57,204 nucleotides of DNA from Chloroflexota bacterium. Lineage in GTDB: Bacteria > Chloroflexota > Limnocylindria > Limnocylindrales > CSP1-4. The notes below the pieces were generated by a model, which did not search any database, had not been told where the DNA came from, and saw only the letters and a program-made list of their open reading frames with translations. The position numbers were made by a program, and so were the translations under genes. Of the stretch, positions 34,408 through 42,952 are shown one piece after another; the stretch's first letter is position 1; every line of letters begins with the position of its first letter. The DNA lies in NCBI GenBank assembly GCA_045804705.1, contig JBJMMQ010000120.1, forward strand, positions 1 through 57,204, in the 5' to 3' direction.

Positions 34408-35901
34408 TCAGGACGCTCCGTCGTCCACCGGCTTCGACTTCGGCGTCGGCCGCCGGGCGCGCGAGCCCGCCGTCGCCGCCCTCCACGCCTCGACGTCCAT
34501 GCCCGCCCACGGGTCGAAGTCGGATTCGAGTGGCTCCTGCGTCGGGCGCAGCTCCTCGGGCACGTGGATGAGGTTCACCCGGACGCGATACCAGAGTGCC
34601 GATCGGCCGCGCATCCCGTCGACGAGGATGTCGGCGGGCTCCAGGTAGCCGGCGATGTCGGCGTGGCGGGCCTTCCAGCGCTCGAAGCCTTCCATCGCGC
34701 CGTCCTTGAACTCGGCCCGGGCGATCTCGACGACCGGGATCGACGTCTTGCGGCGCCCGGTGGGCGTCGGCTTGGAGCCCACCCAATCGGTCGGCAGCCC
34801 GGCGTTCCGGTCACCGGCGGCGACCGCGGCCGCGCGCTCGGCAGCGACATCCGGCGGCGGGCCCCCGCCCTCGCCACGACCCGGCTCGTACTCGGACTTC
34901 GGCCGGCGGGCACGCGATGGCTGGACCCGCGGCGGCTCGCCGGCCTGCTTCGCGTAGTTCGGCGGCCAAGGGGCGTCCCCGAGACCCTCGGCCTCGTCAC
35001 GCGCAGAGAGCTCCAGCAGGCCCTCGAGGGACCCGACTGCTTCGTCGATCCCGGCGCCCGGATCGCCGATCTCCGCGAACCGGCCGGGCACCGTGTCGAT
35101 CGTGAAGGCCTCGGCCTCGACCGTCGCGACCTCGTCCCAGCGCAGCGGCGTCGACACGCGCGCGTCGGGCAGCGGCCGGACCGAGTACGCCGAGGCGACG
35201 GTCCGGTCCTTCGCATTCTGGTTGTAGTCGAGGAAGACGCCGTGACGCTCCTCCTTCCACCACTTCGAGGTCGCGAGGTCGGGAACGCGCCGCTCCACGT
35301 CACGGGCCAACGCGAGCGCCGCCCGGCGGACCTCCGGATAGGTCCAGCGGGGTTCGATCCGGACATTGATGTGGATCCCGCGGGAACCGGACGTCTTCGG
35401 CCACCCGACGAGCCCGACGGCCTCGAGCGACTCCCGTGCCGCCAGCGCAACGTCGCGGATCTGCGACCAGCCGACGCCCGGGACAGGGTCGAGGTCCACG
35501 CGCAGCTCGTCCGGATGGTCGAGGTCCTCGGCCCGCACGGGATGCGGGTTCAGGTCGATGCAGCCGAGGTTGACGACCCAGGCGAGACCGGCTGCGTCGT
35601 CGATGACGATCTCGTCCGCGGTCCGGCCGGACGGGAAGGTGAGCGTGGCCGTGCGGATGAACTCGGGCACGTTCTCGGGTGCGCGCTTCTGGAAGAACGG
35701 CTGCCCCGCGGCGCCGTCCACGAAGCGCTTCAGGGCCATCGGCCTGCCCCCGGCACCGCGCAACGCGCCCTCAGCGACGGCGAGGTAGTACTGGACGAGA
35801 TCGAGCTTCGTGTGACCGGTCTCCGGGAAGTAGACCTTCCGCGGATTCGTGACCGTCACCTCGTGCCCGTTGATCCGGAGGATCTCCTTCTCCGTAGCCA
35901 T
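34408..35901 (-). CDS. LigD-type primase-polymerase (PolDom/Prim-Pol) with unassigned C-terminal extension of ~160 aa
   Basis: ATG at 35901 (MATEKEILRINGHEVTVTNPRKVYFPE). Motifs: TKLDLVQYY, FFQKRAP, LRVDLDP, KTSGSRGIHINV, DYNQNAKDRTVASAYSVRP. The Pol-domain end signature is APWPPNYAKQAGEPPRVQPSRA near nt ~34905. The remainder (nt ~34411-34900) is not recognised. Confidence 0.85.
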   Translation of the reverse strand: MATEKEILRINGHEVTVTNPRKVYFPETGHTKLDLVQYYLAVAEGALRGAGGRPMALKRFVDGAAGQPFFQKRAPENVPEFIRTATLTFPSGRTADEIVIDDAAGLAWVVNLGCIDLNPHPVRAEDLDHPDELRVDLDPVPGVGWSQIRDVALAARESLEAVGLVGWPKTSGSRGIHINVRIEPRWTYPEVRRAALALARDVERRVPDLATSKWWKEERHGVFLDYNQNAKDRTVASAYSVRPLPDARVSTPLRWDEVATVEAEAFTIDTVPGRFAEIGDPGAGIDEAVGSLEGLLELSARDEAEGLGDAPWPPNYAKQAGEPPRVQPSRARRPKSEYEPGRGEGGGPPPDVAAERAAAVAAGDRNAGLPTDWVGSKPTPTGRRKTSIPVVEIARAEFKDGAMEGFERWKARHADIAGYLEPADILVDGMRGRSALWYRVRVNLIHVPEELRPTQEPLESDFDPWAGMDVEAWRAATAGSRARRPTPKSKPVDDGAS

Positions 35902-35990
35902 GTCGACACGATACCGCTCGACAGCGATGGGTGGCCCGGCCGATGATGTCGCCCACATCACTGTCGGCACACACAGTCGGGACGCGCGCG

Positions 35991-37175
35991 ATGCTCAACC
36001 AGTCCGAACCCGCCTGCCTCGTCATCGCCGACATCACGGGCTACACGTCGTACCTCGCCGGCGTCGAGCTCGATCACGCTCAGGACATCCTCGCCGACCT
36101 CATCGACACGGTCGTCGGGAGCCTGCGGCCCACCTTCCGGCTGGCGAAGCTCGAGGGCGACGCCGCGTTCACCTACGCCATCACCGAGACCGTCGACGGC
36201 TCGGCCCTGATGGACACCATCGAACGCACCTATTTCGCGTTCCGCCGACGACTCCGTGACATCGGCCAGGCGTCGGTCTGCGACTGCAATGCCTGCATCC
36301 GGATGCCGAGCCTCGACCTGAAGCTGCTGGCCCACCACGGGACCATCCTCCGTCAGCGGATGGCGGGTCGGGAGGAGCTGGTCGGCAGCCCCGTCATCGT
36401 CGCGCATCGCCTGCTCAAGAACGCGGTGACCGAGACGACCGGCTATCGGGCGTACGCGCTGTACACGGAGGACTGCCTGCGAGCAGCGGGCATCGAGGAT
36501 CCTCGCTCCCTCGGCCTCGTCGAACACCGGGAGGAGTACGACCACCTTGGCGAGATCACCGGCTGGGTGGCCGACCTCGACGCGGCCTGGGCCGCCGAGC
36601 AGGGTCGCACGCGCGTCTACGTCGAGCCGAAGGCGGCGATCGCCACGGTCGAGTACACGTTGCCCGCCCCACAGGCGGTCGCTTGGGAGTACCTGACCTC
36701 GCCGGCGCGCCGGCTGCGCTGGCAGTCCGGCGTCACCGAGATCGTCGAGGAGGCCGCCGCGGGCCGACGCGGCGTCGGGACGACGAACCACTGTGTGCAC
36801 GGCAAGGACGCGGTCGTCGAGGAGATCCTCGATTGGCGACCGCCCGAATACTTCACGCTGAAGTGGCAGATGCCGATCCCGGGCTCGCCCAAGGTGAAGA
36901 CGACCTACGAGCTGACGCCGACGAACGGCGGCACCGCGATCGCGATGCGCATGGAGCGTCCGCGATCCGTCAGGGACCGGGCCTTCCTCGACGGGATGCT
37001 GCCTGGTCTCCAGCCCATCTTCGAGGCGGGCATCGCCGCCCTGACGCCGCTCATCACAGCGGAGATGGCACGTCGCGCGATCGAGGCAGACGGCCTGGCT
37101 GAGCCTGCCCTGCCCGAATCAGCCGGACGGTTCCTCGCCGATCCTGTCGATTCGATGGCGGCGTCTTCGTCGTAA
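35991..37175 (+). CDS. DUF2652-like (cyclase-fold-like) N-domain fused to SRPBCC/START-like C-domain
   Basis: ATG at 35991 (MLNQSEPACLVIADITGYTSYL...KLEGDAAF). The C-terminal half, YTLPAPQAVAWEYLTSPARRLRWQ...TYELTP, is Bet v1/polyketide-cyclase-like. The family call is from memory only. Confidence 0.5.
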   Translation: MLNQSEPACLVIADITGYTSYLAGVELDHAQDILADLIDTVVGSLRPTFRLAKLEGDAAFTYAITETVDGSALMDTIERTYFAFRRRLRDIGQASVCDCNACIRMPSLDLKLLAHHGTILRQRMAGREELVGSPVIVAHRLLKNAVTETTGYRAYALYTEDCLRAAGIEDPRSLGLVEHREEYDHLGEITGWVADLDAAWAAEQGRTRVYVEPKAAIATVEYTLPAPQAVAWEYLTSPARRLRWQSGVTEIVEEAAAGRRGVGTTNHCVHGKDAVVEEILDWRPPEYFTLKWQMPIPGSPKVKTTYELTPTNGGTAIAMRMERPRSVRDRAFLDGMLPGLQPIFEAGIAALTPLITAEMARRAIEADGLAEPALPESAGRFLADPVDSMAASSS

Positions 37176-37203
37176 CGTTGAGGACCGCGGTGGCGGCCCA
37201 CGT

Positions 37204-37608
37204 TTGGAGGCAGACATGCAGTACGCATTGCTCATCTACACGCCGGAGCCGACCGAGGACGTGCCGCCGGAGGCGATCGCCGCCGAGATGGCCAAGTACG
37301 ACGAGTTCACCGAGCACATCCGCAGCCGCGGCGTGATGAAGGGCGGCGAGGCGCTCGATTCCGTCACGACCGCGACCACGGTCCGCGTCGTCGACGGCCG
37401 GACGATCACGACCGACGGGCCCTTCGCGGAGACCAAGGAGACGCTCGGTGGCTTCTACCTCGTCGAAGCGGCCGATCTCGACGAGGCGATCGCCTACGCA
37501 GCGATGATCCCGGGCGCCCGGAACGGCTGCATCGAGGTTCGCCCGGTCTGGGACTACGACATCGGGACGGGATCGGACGCGGCGGTCGCGGCATCGGCCA
37601 CGAACTGA
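37204..37608 (+). CDS. YciI-family protein
   Basis: 134 aa with MQYALLIYTPEP... and DGPFAETKETLGGFYLVEA.DLDEAI, typical of the YCII/DGPF family. Confidence 0.8.
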   Translation: MEADMQYALLIYTPEPTEDVPPEAIAAEMAKYDEFTEHIRSRGVMKGGEALDSVTTATTVRVVDGRTITTDGPFAETKETLGGFYLVEAADLDEAIAYAAMIPGARNGCIEVRPVWDYDIGTGSDAAVAASATN

Positions 37609-37634
37609 CGCCAGTCACCGCCCCGCAGTCGTCG

Positions 37635-38933
37635 TTGGCCGGATCGGGCACCGCCCGCGAGATCGTCGACCGAGTCTTCCGCGAGGAGCACGGCCGCGCC
37701 GTCGCGACGCTCATCCGCGTGACCGGTGACTTCGACCTCGCCGAGGAGGCGGTCCAGGACGCGTTCATCAGCGCGCTCGAGACGTGGCCGCAGCGCGGCG
37801 TGCCGGACAACCCTGGCGCATGGATCACGACCACCGCGCGCAACCGCGCGATCGATCGGCTCCGCCGGCGAAAGCGTCTCGTCGAGAAGACGGAGGAGAT
37901 GGGCCGCGAGGCTGCGCTCGATCCGGAGCTCGAAGCCATCGATCCCGGGCCGTCGGAGGACGCCATGCCCATCACGGACGACCGCCTTCGCCTCATCTTC
38001 ACGTGCTGCCACCCGGCGCTGGCGATGGAGGCGCGCGTCGCGCTGACCCTGCGAACGCTCGGCGGGTTGACGACGCCGGAGATCGCCCGCGCGTTCCTCG
38101 TTCCGGAGCCGACGCTCGCACAGCGCCTCGTCCGCGCCAAGCGCAAGATCCGTGACGCGGGGATCCCCTATCGCGTCCCGCCCGCCGAGCTCCTGCCCGA
38201 GCGGCTCGATGGAGTCCTGCGGGTCCTGTACCTCGTGTTCAACGAGGGTTATGCCGCGTCGTCGGGCGATTCACTGATGCGACGCGAGCTGTGCACCGAG
38301 GCGATCCGGCTCGCACGGATCGTCGTCTCGCTGCTCCCCGACGAGCCGGAGACTCGCGGACTCCTCGCGCTGATGCTGCTCCATGACGCGCGACGTGACG
38401 CGAGGGTGGGAGCGGACGGATCGCTGATCCTGATCGACGACCAGGATCGCTCGCGCTGGGACGCGTCGCGCATCGCGGAGGGCCAGGCGCTCGTGCAGGA
38501 TGCCCTCGCCGACGGACGCCCCGGCCCATACCAGGTCCAGGCCGCGATCGCCGCGCTCCACGACGAGGCGGCCACCTCGGCCGAGACAGACTGGCCTCAG
38601 ATCGCCTCGCTTTACGCGACCCTCCAGCGGATGTCGCCCTCGCCTGTCGTCGAACTCAACTTTGCGGCCGCCGTTGCCTTAGCGGACGGCCCCGGCGTCG
38701 GGCTCGCGATGATGGATGGCATCGCAGCCTCGGGAGACCTCGACGACTACCCCTACCTCCACTCATCCCGGGCGGAGCTCCTCCGCCGGCTCGAACGCTG
38801 GACCGAGGCCGAGGCGGCGTACCGCCAGGCCCTCGCACTGACGACGAACGATCCCGAGCGTGTCTTCCTCGAGCGCCGGCTCGCTCAGGTCAGAGAACGC
38901 GGAGCGGGCCGTCAGGCGGGGATGCCCTCGTAG
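37635..38933 (+). CDS. Sigma-70-family sigma factor with long TPR-like C-terminal domain (the type usually paired with YciI genes)
   Basis: 432 aa with VFREEHGRAVATLIRVTGDFDLAEEAVQDAF..PDNPGAWITTTARNRAIDRLRR and LTLRTLGGLTTPEIARAFLVPEPTLAQRLVRAKRKI. TTG start. The 3' end overlaps the convergent gene by 22 nt. Confidence 0.85.
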   Translation: MAGSGTAREIVDRVFREEHGRAVATLIRVTGDFDLAEEAVQDAFISALETWPQRGVPDNPGAWITTTARNRAIDRLRRRKRLVEKTEEMGREAALDPELEAIDPGPSEDAMPITDDRLRLIFTCCHPALAMEARVALTLRTLGGLTTPEIARAFLVPEPTLAQRLVRAKRKIRDAGIPYRVPPAELLPERLDGVLRVLYLVFNEGYAASSGDSLMRRELCTEAIRLARIVVSLLPDEPETRGLLALMLLHDARRDARVGADGSLILIDDQDRSRWDASRIAEGQALVQDALADGRPGPYQVQAAIAALHDEAATSAETDWPQIASLYATLQRMSPSPVVELNFAAAVALADGPGVGLAMMDGIAASGDLDDYPYLHSSRAELLRRLERWTEAEAAYRQALALTTNDPERVFLERRLAQVRERGAGRQAGMPS

Positions 38934-39397
38934 GCTTCCTGCAGCTGGCGGATGTCGAGCTTGCCCATCTCGAGCATCGCATTCATCGCCCGCCCGGCTG
39001 CCTCGTGATCCGAGCTCGCGAGCATCTCGGGCAGGATCCTCGGCACGATCTGCCAGGAGACGCCGAACTTGTCCTTCAGCCAGCCGCATTGGCTGGGCTC
39101 GCCGCCATCGAGGATGAGCGACGTCCAGAGGTTGTCGATCTCGGCCTGGTCCTCGCACAGCACACTCAGGGACATGGCCTCGTTGAAGCGGAATTCTGGA
39201 CCGCCATTGAGCGCGATCAGGTCGTGCCCGCCGACTGTGAAGTCGACGGTCAACACCTGGTCCTTGGTGGTGCTCGGGTTATCGGCAGCGGCCCGGTTGA
39301 CACTCTTGATCTCGCTGTCCGGGATCAGCGACGTGTAGAGCCGGGCGGCCTCCTCGGCCTGGCCATCGAACCAGAGACAGGTTGCGACCTTGGTCAT
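38912..39397 (-). CDS. VOC/glyoxalase-superfamily protein (PhnB / 3-demethylubiquinone methyltransferase-like domain)
   Basis: ATG at 39397 (MTKVATCLWFDGQAEEAARLYTSLIPDS...CGWLKDKFGVSWQIVP). ATGA overlap with the upstream gene. Confidence 0.8.
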   Translation of the reverse strand: MTKVATCLWFDGQAEEAARLYTSLIPDSEIKSVNRAAADNPSTTKDQVLTVDFTVGGHDLIALNGGPEFRFNEAMSLSVLCEDQAEIDNLWTSLILDGGEPSQCGWLKDKFGVSWQIVPRILPEMLASSDHEAAGRAMNAMLEMGKLDIRQLQEAYEGIPA

Positions 39398-39774
39398 GGT
39401 CGGGTTCCTCCGGTGCGCTCGAGGAGGCCACTCTTCTCGTCCAGTCGCTGGAGGAGATCGTGGGCAGCTAGCTCGATCGCCTTGTGCCGCCACTCGGCGG
39501 CGCGGTAGACGCAGGAGATGAGACCGGAGCGATGGATACGGCTGAAGTCCCCGTAGACGAAGGCATAGCGAGCCTTCGTCTCATCGGACGCGCCAACGGT
39601 CAGGCCGAGATGCCAGTCAGCATATGCGTCCCAGTCATGCTTGGCGAGGAATCGGTTCTCCTCGTCGGCGCCGGGCTGTCGTTCGCCCCAGTCGCTGTCG
39701 AGCACGTAGCGGCGTGCGTCGATCAACCGCTCCGCGCGCGCCACAGCACGCTCGTTGAGCGTGTAACGGGCCAT
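39394..39774 (-). CDS. Hypothetical protein, no family recognised
   Basis: 126 aa with GC3-rich codons, coupled to the VOC gene. Sequence MARYTLNERAVARAERLIDARRYVLDSDWGERQPG... The RBS is weak. Confidence 0.5.
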   Translation of the reverse strand: MARYTLNERAVARAERLIDARRYVLDSDWGERQPGADEENRFLAKHDWDAYADWHLGLTVGASDETKARYAFVYGDFSRIHRSGLISCVYRAAEWRHKAIELAAHDLLQRLDEKSGLLERTGGTRP

Positions 39775-39858
39775 GTCGCCAGTGTCGATCTACCGCAGTT
39801 TCAGTCGAGCGACGCCTCGTCCGTGCGACCTTGCACGGCCGTGACGACCCGACAGCGG

Positions 39859-41253
39859 TCACGCCAGGAGCGACTGGACGATCGCGTCGACGTGGGCCTT
39901 CTCCGGCACGACGATGAGCGTGTTCACCATGCCGAACATGCCGCTGGCAGCCTCGGCGTGCGGAAGGATATGGCAGTGGAACGCCCAGATCCCGGGTGTC
40001 TTGGCGTCGATGAGCACGTCGTACCGCTCCCCGGGGTTGACGCCGAGCGTGTCGCAGGTGAATGCAGCGCCACCGAGCGGCCAGCCATCACGCGCGATCA
40101 CCCGCATCGGCATCCCGTGGAGATGCCACGGGTGCATCATGATCCCCTCGTTCATGAACCGGACGCGGACCTTCTCGCCGACGGCTGCGAGGACGGGGAC
40201 GACCGCCGGGAATCCGTGGCCATTGATCGTGAAGCCGCCGAGCTCGTCGTTCGAGATCCAGATGTACTCGCGATCCGCTTCGACCGGCTCCTCCTTCGCG
40301 TCCACGATGAACGCTCCGAGAAGTCCGCGCCCGACCTGGTCCGTCGCGTTGTGGTGGGAGTGGTACATGAGCGACCCGGCATTGTTCGCCGTGAACTCGT
40401 AGGCGAAGGTCTCTCCGGGGACGATCGGCTTCTGCGTCACGAACGGGACGCCATCCTGGAAGAAGTCGTCGAACTCGACGCCATGGAAATGGATGCCGGT
40501 CGTCTCCTTCAGGTTGTTCGTGAACTCGGCCCGCACCTTGTCACCCTGGTTCACCCGGATCGTCGGACCCGGCCAGGACTTGTTGAAGCCGAGTCCCGCG
40601 ACCGGCGGGAGGAGCTCGTCGATCTTGGCCTCGATCTCGTCCACGGTCAGCTTGAAGACCTTGACCCCGCCAACGACCTCGGGCTTGAGCGGCGACACCA
40701 CGTCGCTGAGCACGACCTGCGGGACCTGGGCGAAGGCAGGCTTCTGGTGGAGCTGCGGGTAGTCATCCCCGACGCCGAGGATGGTGGCGAGCTTGGCGAC
40801 GACCGCCGGCGGGTAGATGTCCTTCAGCGCAGGGGCGAGGTCGCCGATATAGCGCCGGACCTTGTCGCGGGCCTCGACGTCATGCGACGTCCAGCCGTCC
40901 GGGACGTTGCCGGTCACCGGCGGCGCGGATCCCGCTGGAGCGGGGCTGGCGGACATGTCGTGGGTCGCCGCTGGTGACGCTCCGGCGCTCGCTGCAGCAC
41001 TGGACGCCGCGCTTGCAGCCGGAGCCGCACCGCTCGGCGCCGGGCTGAATGGGGGCCCGAAGGTCCATGCAGCGCCCGTCGCCGCGGGACCGCACGCGGC
41101 AAGCCCGGCGACGGCGGCAAGGCCTCCGCCGGTCAAGGCGGCGGTCCTGAGGAACCCGCGACGCGACAGCGCGGACGCGGCCACCTCGGGGACGCCTGGG
41201 GTTTCGGTGGTCGTGACGGGGGTCGGCAGGTGATCCTGCTGCAACGTATCCAT
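39859..41253 (-). CDS. Two-domain multicopper oxidase, Tat-exported lipoprotein
   Basis: Four Cu motifs are present: HFHG, HSHH, HPWHLHG and HCHILPHAEAASGM. The Tat motif is SRRGFLR and the lipobox is GLAAC. Only about 270 aa of cupredoxin sequence follow an N-terminal region of ~190 aa. The start may lie further downstream. Confidence 0.9.
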   Translation of the reverse strand: MDTLQQDHLPTPVTTTETPGVPEVAASALSRRGFLRTAALTGGGLAAVAGLAACGPAATGAAWTFGPPFSPAPSGAAPAASAASSAAASAGASPAATHDMSASPAPAGSAPPVTGNVPDGWTSHDVEARDKVRRYIGDLAPALKDIYPPAVVAKLATILGVGDDYPQLHQKPAFAQVPQVVLSDVVSPLKPEVVGGVKVFKLTVDEIEAKIDELLPPVAGLGFNKSWPGPTIRVNQGDKVRAEFTNNLKETTGIHFHGVEFDDFFQDGVPFVTQKPIVPGETFAYEFTANNAGSLMYHSHHNATDQVGRGLLGAFIVDAKEEPVEADREYIWISNDELGGFTINGHGFPAVVPVLAAVGEKVRVRFMNEGIMMHPWHLHGMPMRVIARDGWPLGGAAFTCDTLGVNPGERYDVLIDAKTPGIWAFHCHILPHAEAASGMFGMVNTLIVVPEKAHVDAIVQSLLA

Positions 41254-41294
41254 CTACGGATGGTGACGGCCACGTCAATCGGTCGGCTCGGGAC

Positions 41295-41321
41295 CTTCGG
41301 CCCGTTTCCTCCGGGCCGAAG
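41295..41321 (-). promoter_or_regulatory. Strong intercistronic hairpin between Sco-fusion and MCO genes
   Basis: A perfect 10-bp stem CTTCGGCCCG / CGGGCCGAAG with a 7-nt loop. There is no U-tract after it on the minus strand. Confidence 0.5.
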
Positions 41322-41327
41322 TGAGGG

Positions 41328-42923
41328 TCAGTGACCCTGCGCGATCATCGCGAGGATGACGTCGACGTCCTCCGTGCCGACGATGCCCTGGTAGGCGGCT
41401 CGGACCGTGCCCGTGCCATCGACGACGAAGACCCACGGCATGGACTTCGTGCCCCACGGTCGACCGCCGACTCCCCACGCCTCGGCCGGCCCGGTGAGCG
41501 ACGGAGCATCGAGCGAGCCGTCCAGGACCGCGGTGTCGGCCACGACCGAGTATCGGTACGGTTCGAGATGGATGAACCCAACGTCGGGCCAGCGGTCGAG
41601 CAGGAAGCGGGCCATGACGATCGCCCGGCCGCAGGCGGGAGAGACCTTGAACCGTGTCGAGTCGACGACGAGGACGAACGGCCGGTGCTCGGCGAGGGCA
41701 TCGACTGTGGACGTCTGCGAGAGCCGAAGGTCCGGCGCCGGATCGGTGGTGATGGCTCGCGCCACGCCGGCTACATCGGTCAGCGTCGGCGTCCGGACCA
41801 TCGGGGCGGCGGTCCCGATCGGCGGCGTCGTGCCCGGGTCGAGCACCGCGAGCGCCGTGGACCCGAGACGGCCGTTGGCGTTCACAACGAGCCGCCACGC
41901 GCCTGGCCTGGGGATCGCGACGCTGGCAACGTAGGAGACCCGATCCACACCTGGCGGTCGGACCGGGATCGCTTCGACCGGGGCACCGCTGAGCGAACCA
42001 TCGACCGAGACGAGCTGGACCGCCGGGCGGAGCGCCGGATCGTCGATCCGGGCACCGCCACGGGACAGGGTCAGGATGACCGGAGCCGGTGGCCCAGCCC
42101 AGACGGATGTCGAGATGACCTCGACCGCGAGGTCGTCGTCCGGTGCGGTCGAGGCCGCTGGCGTTCCCGACGGCGCGGTCGACGCCGGCGTGCCAGTCGG
42201 CCGTTCGGACGTGGGGTTCGATGCCGTCCCTGACGGCGTCGTCTCGATCGTGCGAAGGACCGCTGTCATCGCCTCTGACGAGGTCCCGAACGGGAACGTG
42301 GCGCGGCGCATCCCGGACCCGTCGACGAGGAAGACGTCCGCGGTGTGCGACATCGAATACTCACCTTCGCCCTCTTCCGCCTCCTCGCGGGCGTACCTGA
42401 CGCCCCAGGCATCCGCCGTCGATCGGATGGCCGACACGGATCCGGTCAGGGGCGTGAACCCGGTCGGCATGAACCGGGCGTACTCGGTCAGCCAGGCCGG
42501 CGTGTCCCGCTCGGGATCGACGCTGACGAACACCGCCTTCGCCTTGCCTCGATCGGCATCGAGTGCCAACCCGACCGTCCCGATGGTCGCCGGGCAGACG
42601 TCGGCGCAATGGGTGTAGCCGAAGAAGACGAAGAATGGCTGTCCGCGGAACGCGGCGGCATCGAAAGGCTCAGCTCTCTTGTCGGTTAGGCGGATCGCGG
42701 GCGCCTGCCTCGGCACGGCATCGAGATATGACGTGACGTCGACGACCTCGGCGGCCGACGGGACATCACTCGCAACGCCCGCCGCGCCGCTGCCGGAATT
42801 CTTGCCGCTCGGCAGCATCGTCATGCCCGCGAGCATCACGACGACCAGGACGACCGCGACGAGGCTGGCGACCCAGAAGAGCCCGTCGAGCGGGCCGGCT
42901 GGATCTCTGGGACGCGACGGCAT
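41328..42923 (-). CDS. Sco/SenC copper-chaperone domain fused to an Ig-like module and a second thioredoxin-like domain
   Basis: 531 aa. An N-terminal TM is followed by a Sco core FFVFFGYTHCADVCPATIG (CxxxC) with the conserved His in SMSHTADVFLVD. Next come a Pro/Thr/Ser linker and a beta-rich segment (AVEVISTSVWAGPPAPVILTL...AWRLVVNANG). The C-terminal ~160 aa are thioredoxin-fold-like but have no CxxC. Confidence 0.8.
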   Translation of the reverse strand: MPSRPRDPAGPLDGLFWVASLVAVVLVVVMLAGMTMLPSGKNSGSGAAGVASDVPSAAEVVDVTSYLDAVPRQAPAIRLTDKRAEPFDAAAFRGQPFFVFFGYTHCADVCPATIGTVGLALDADRGKAKAVFVSVDPERDTPAWLTEYARFMPTGFTPLTGSVSAIRSTADAWGVRYAREEAEEGEGEYSMSHTADVFLVDGSGMRRATFPFGTSSEAMTAVLRTIETTPSGTASNPTSERPTGTPASTAPSGTPAASTAPDDDLAVEVISTSVWAGPPAPVILTLSRGGARIDDPALRPAVQLVSVDGSLSGAPVEAIPVRPPGVDRVSYVASVAIPRPGAWRLVVNANGRLGSTALAVLDPGTTPPIGTAAPMVRTPTLTDVAGVARAITTDPAPDLRLSQTSTVDALAEHRPFVLVVDSTRFKVSPACGRAIVMARFLLDRWPDVGFIHLEPYRYSVVADTAVLDGSLDAPSLTGPAEAWGVGGRPWGTKSMPWVFVVDGTGTVRAAYQGIVGTEDVDVILAMIAQGH

Positions 42924-42952
42924 GCGGAGGGGTCCTTCCCTGCGGGTCGAGG

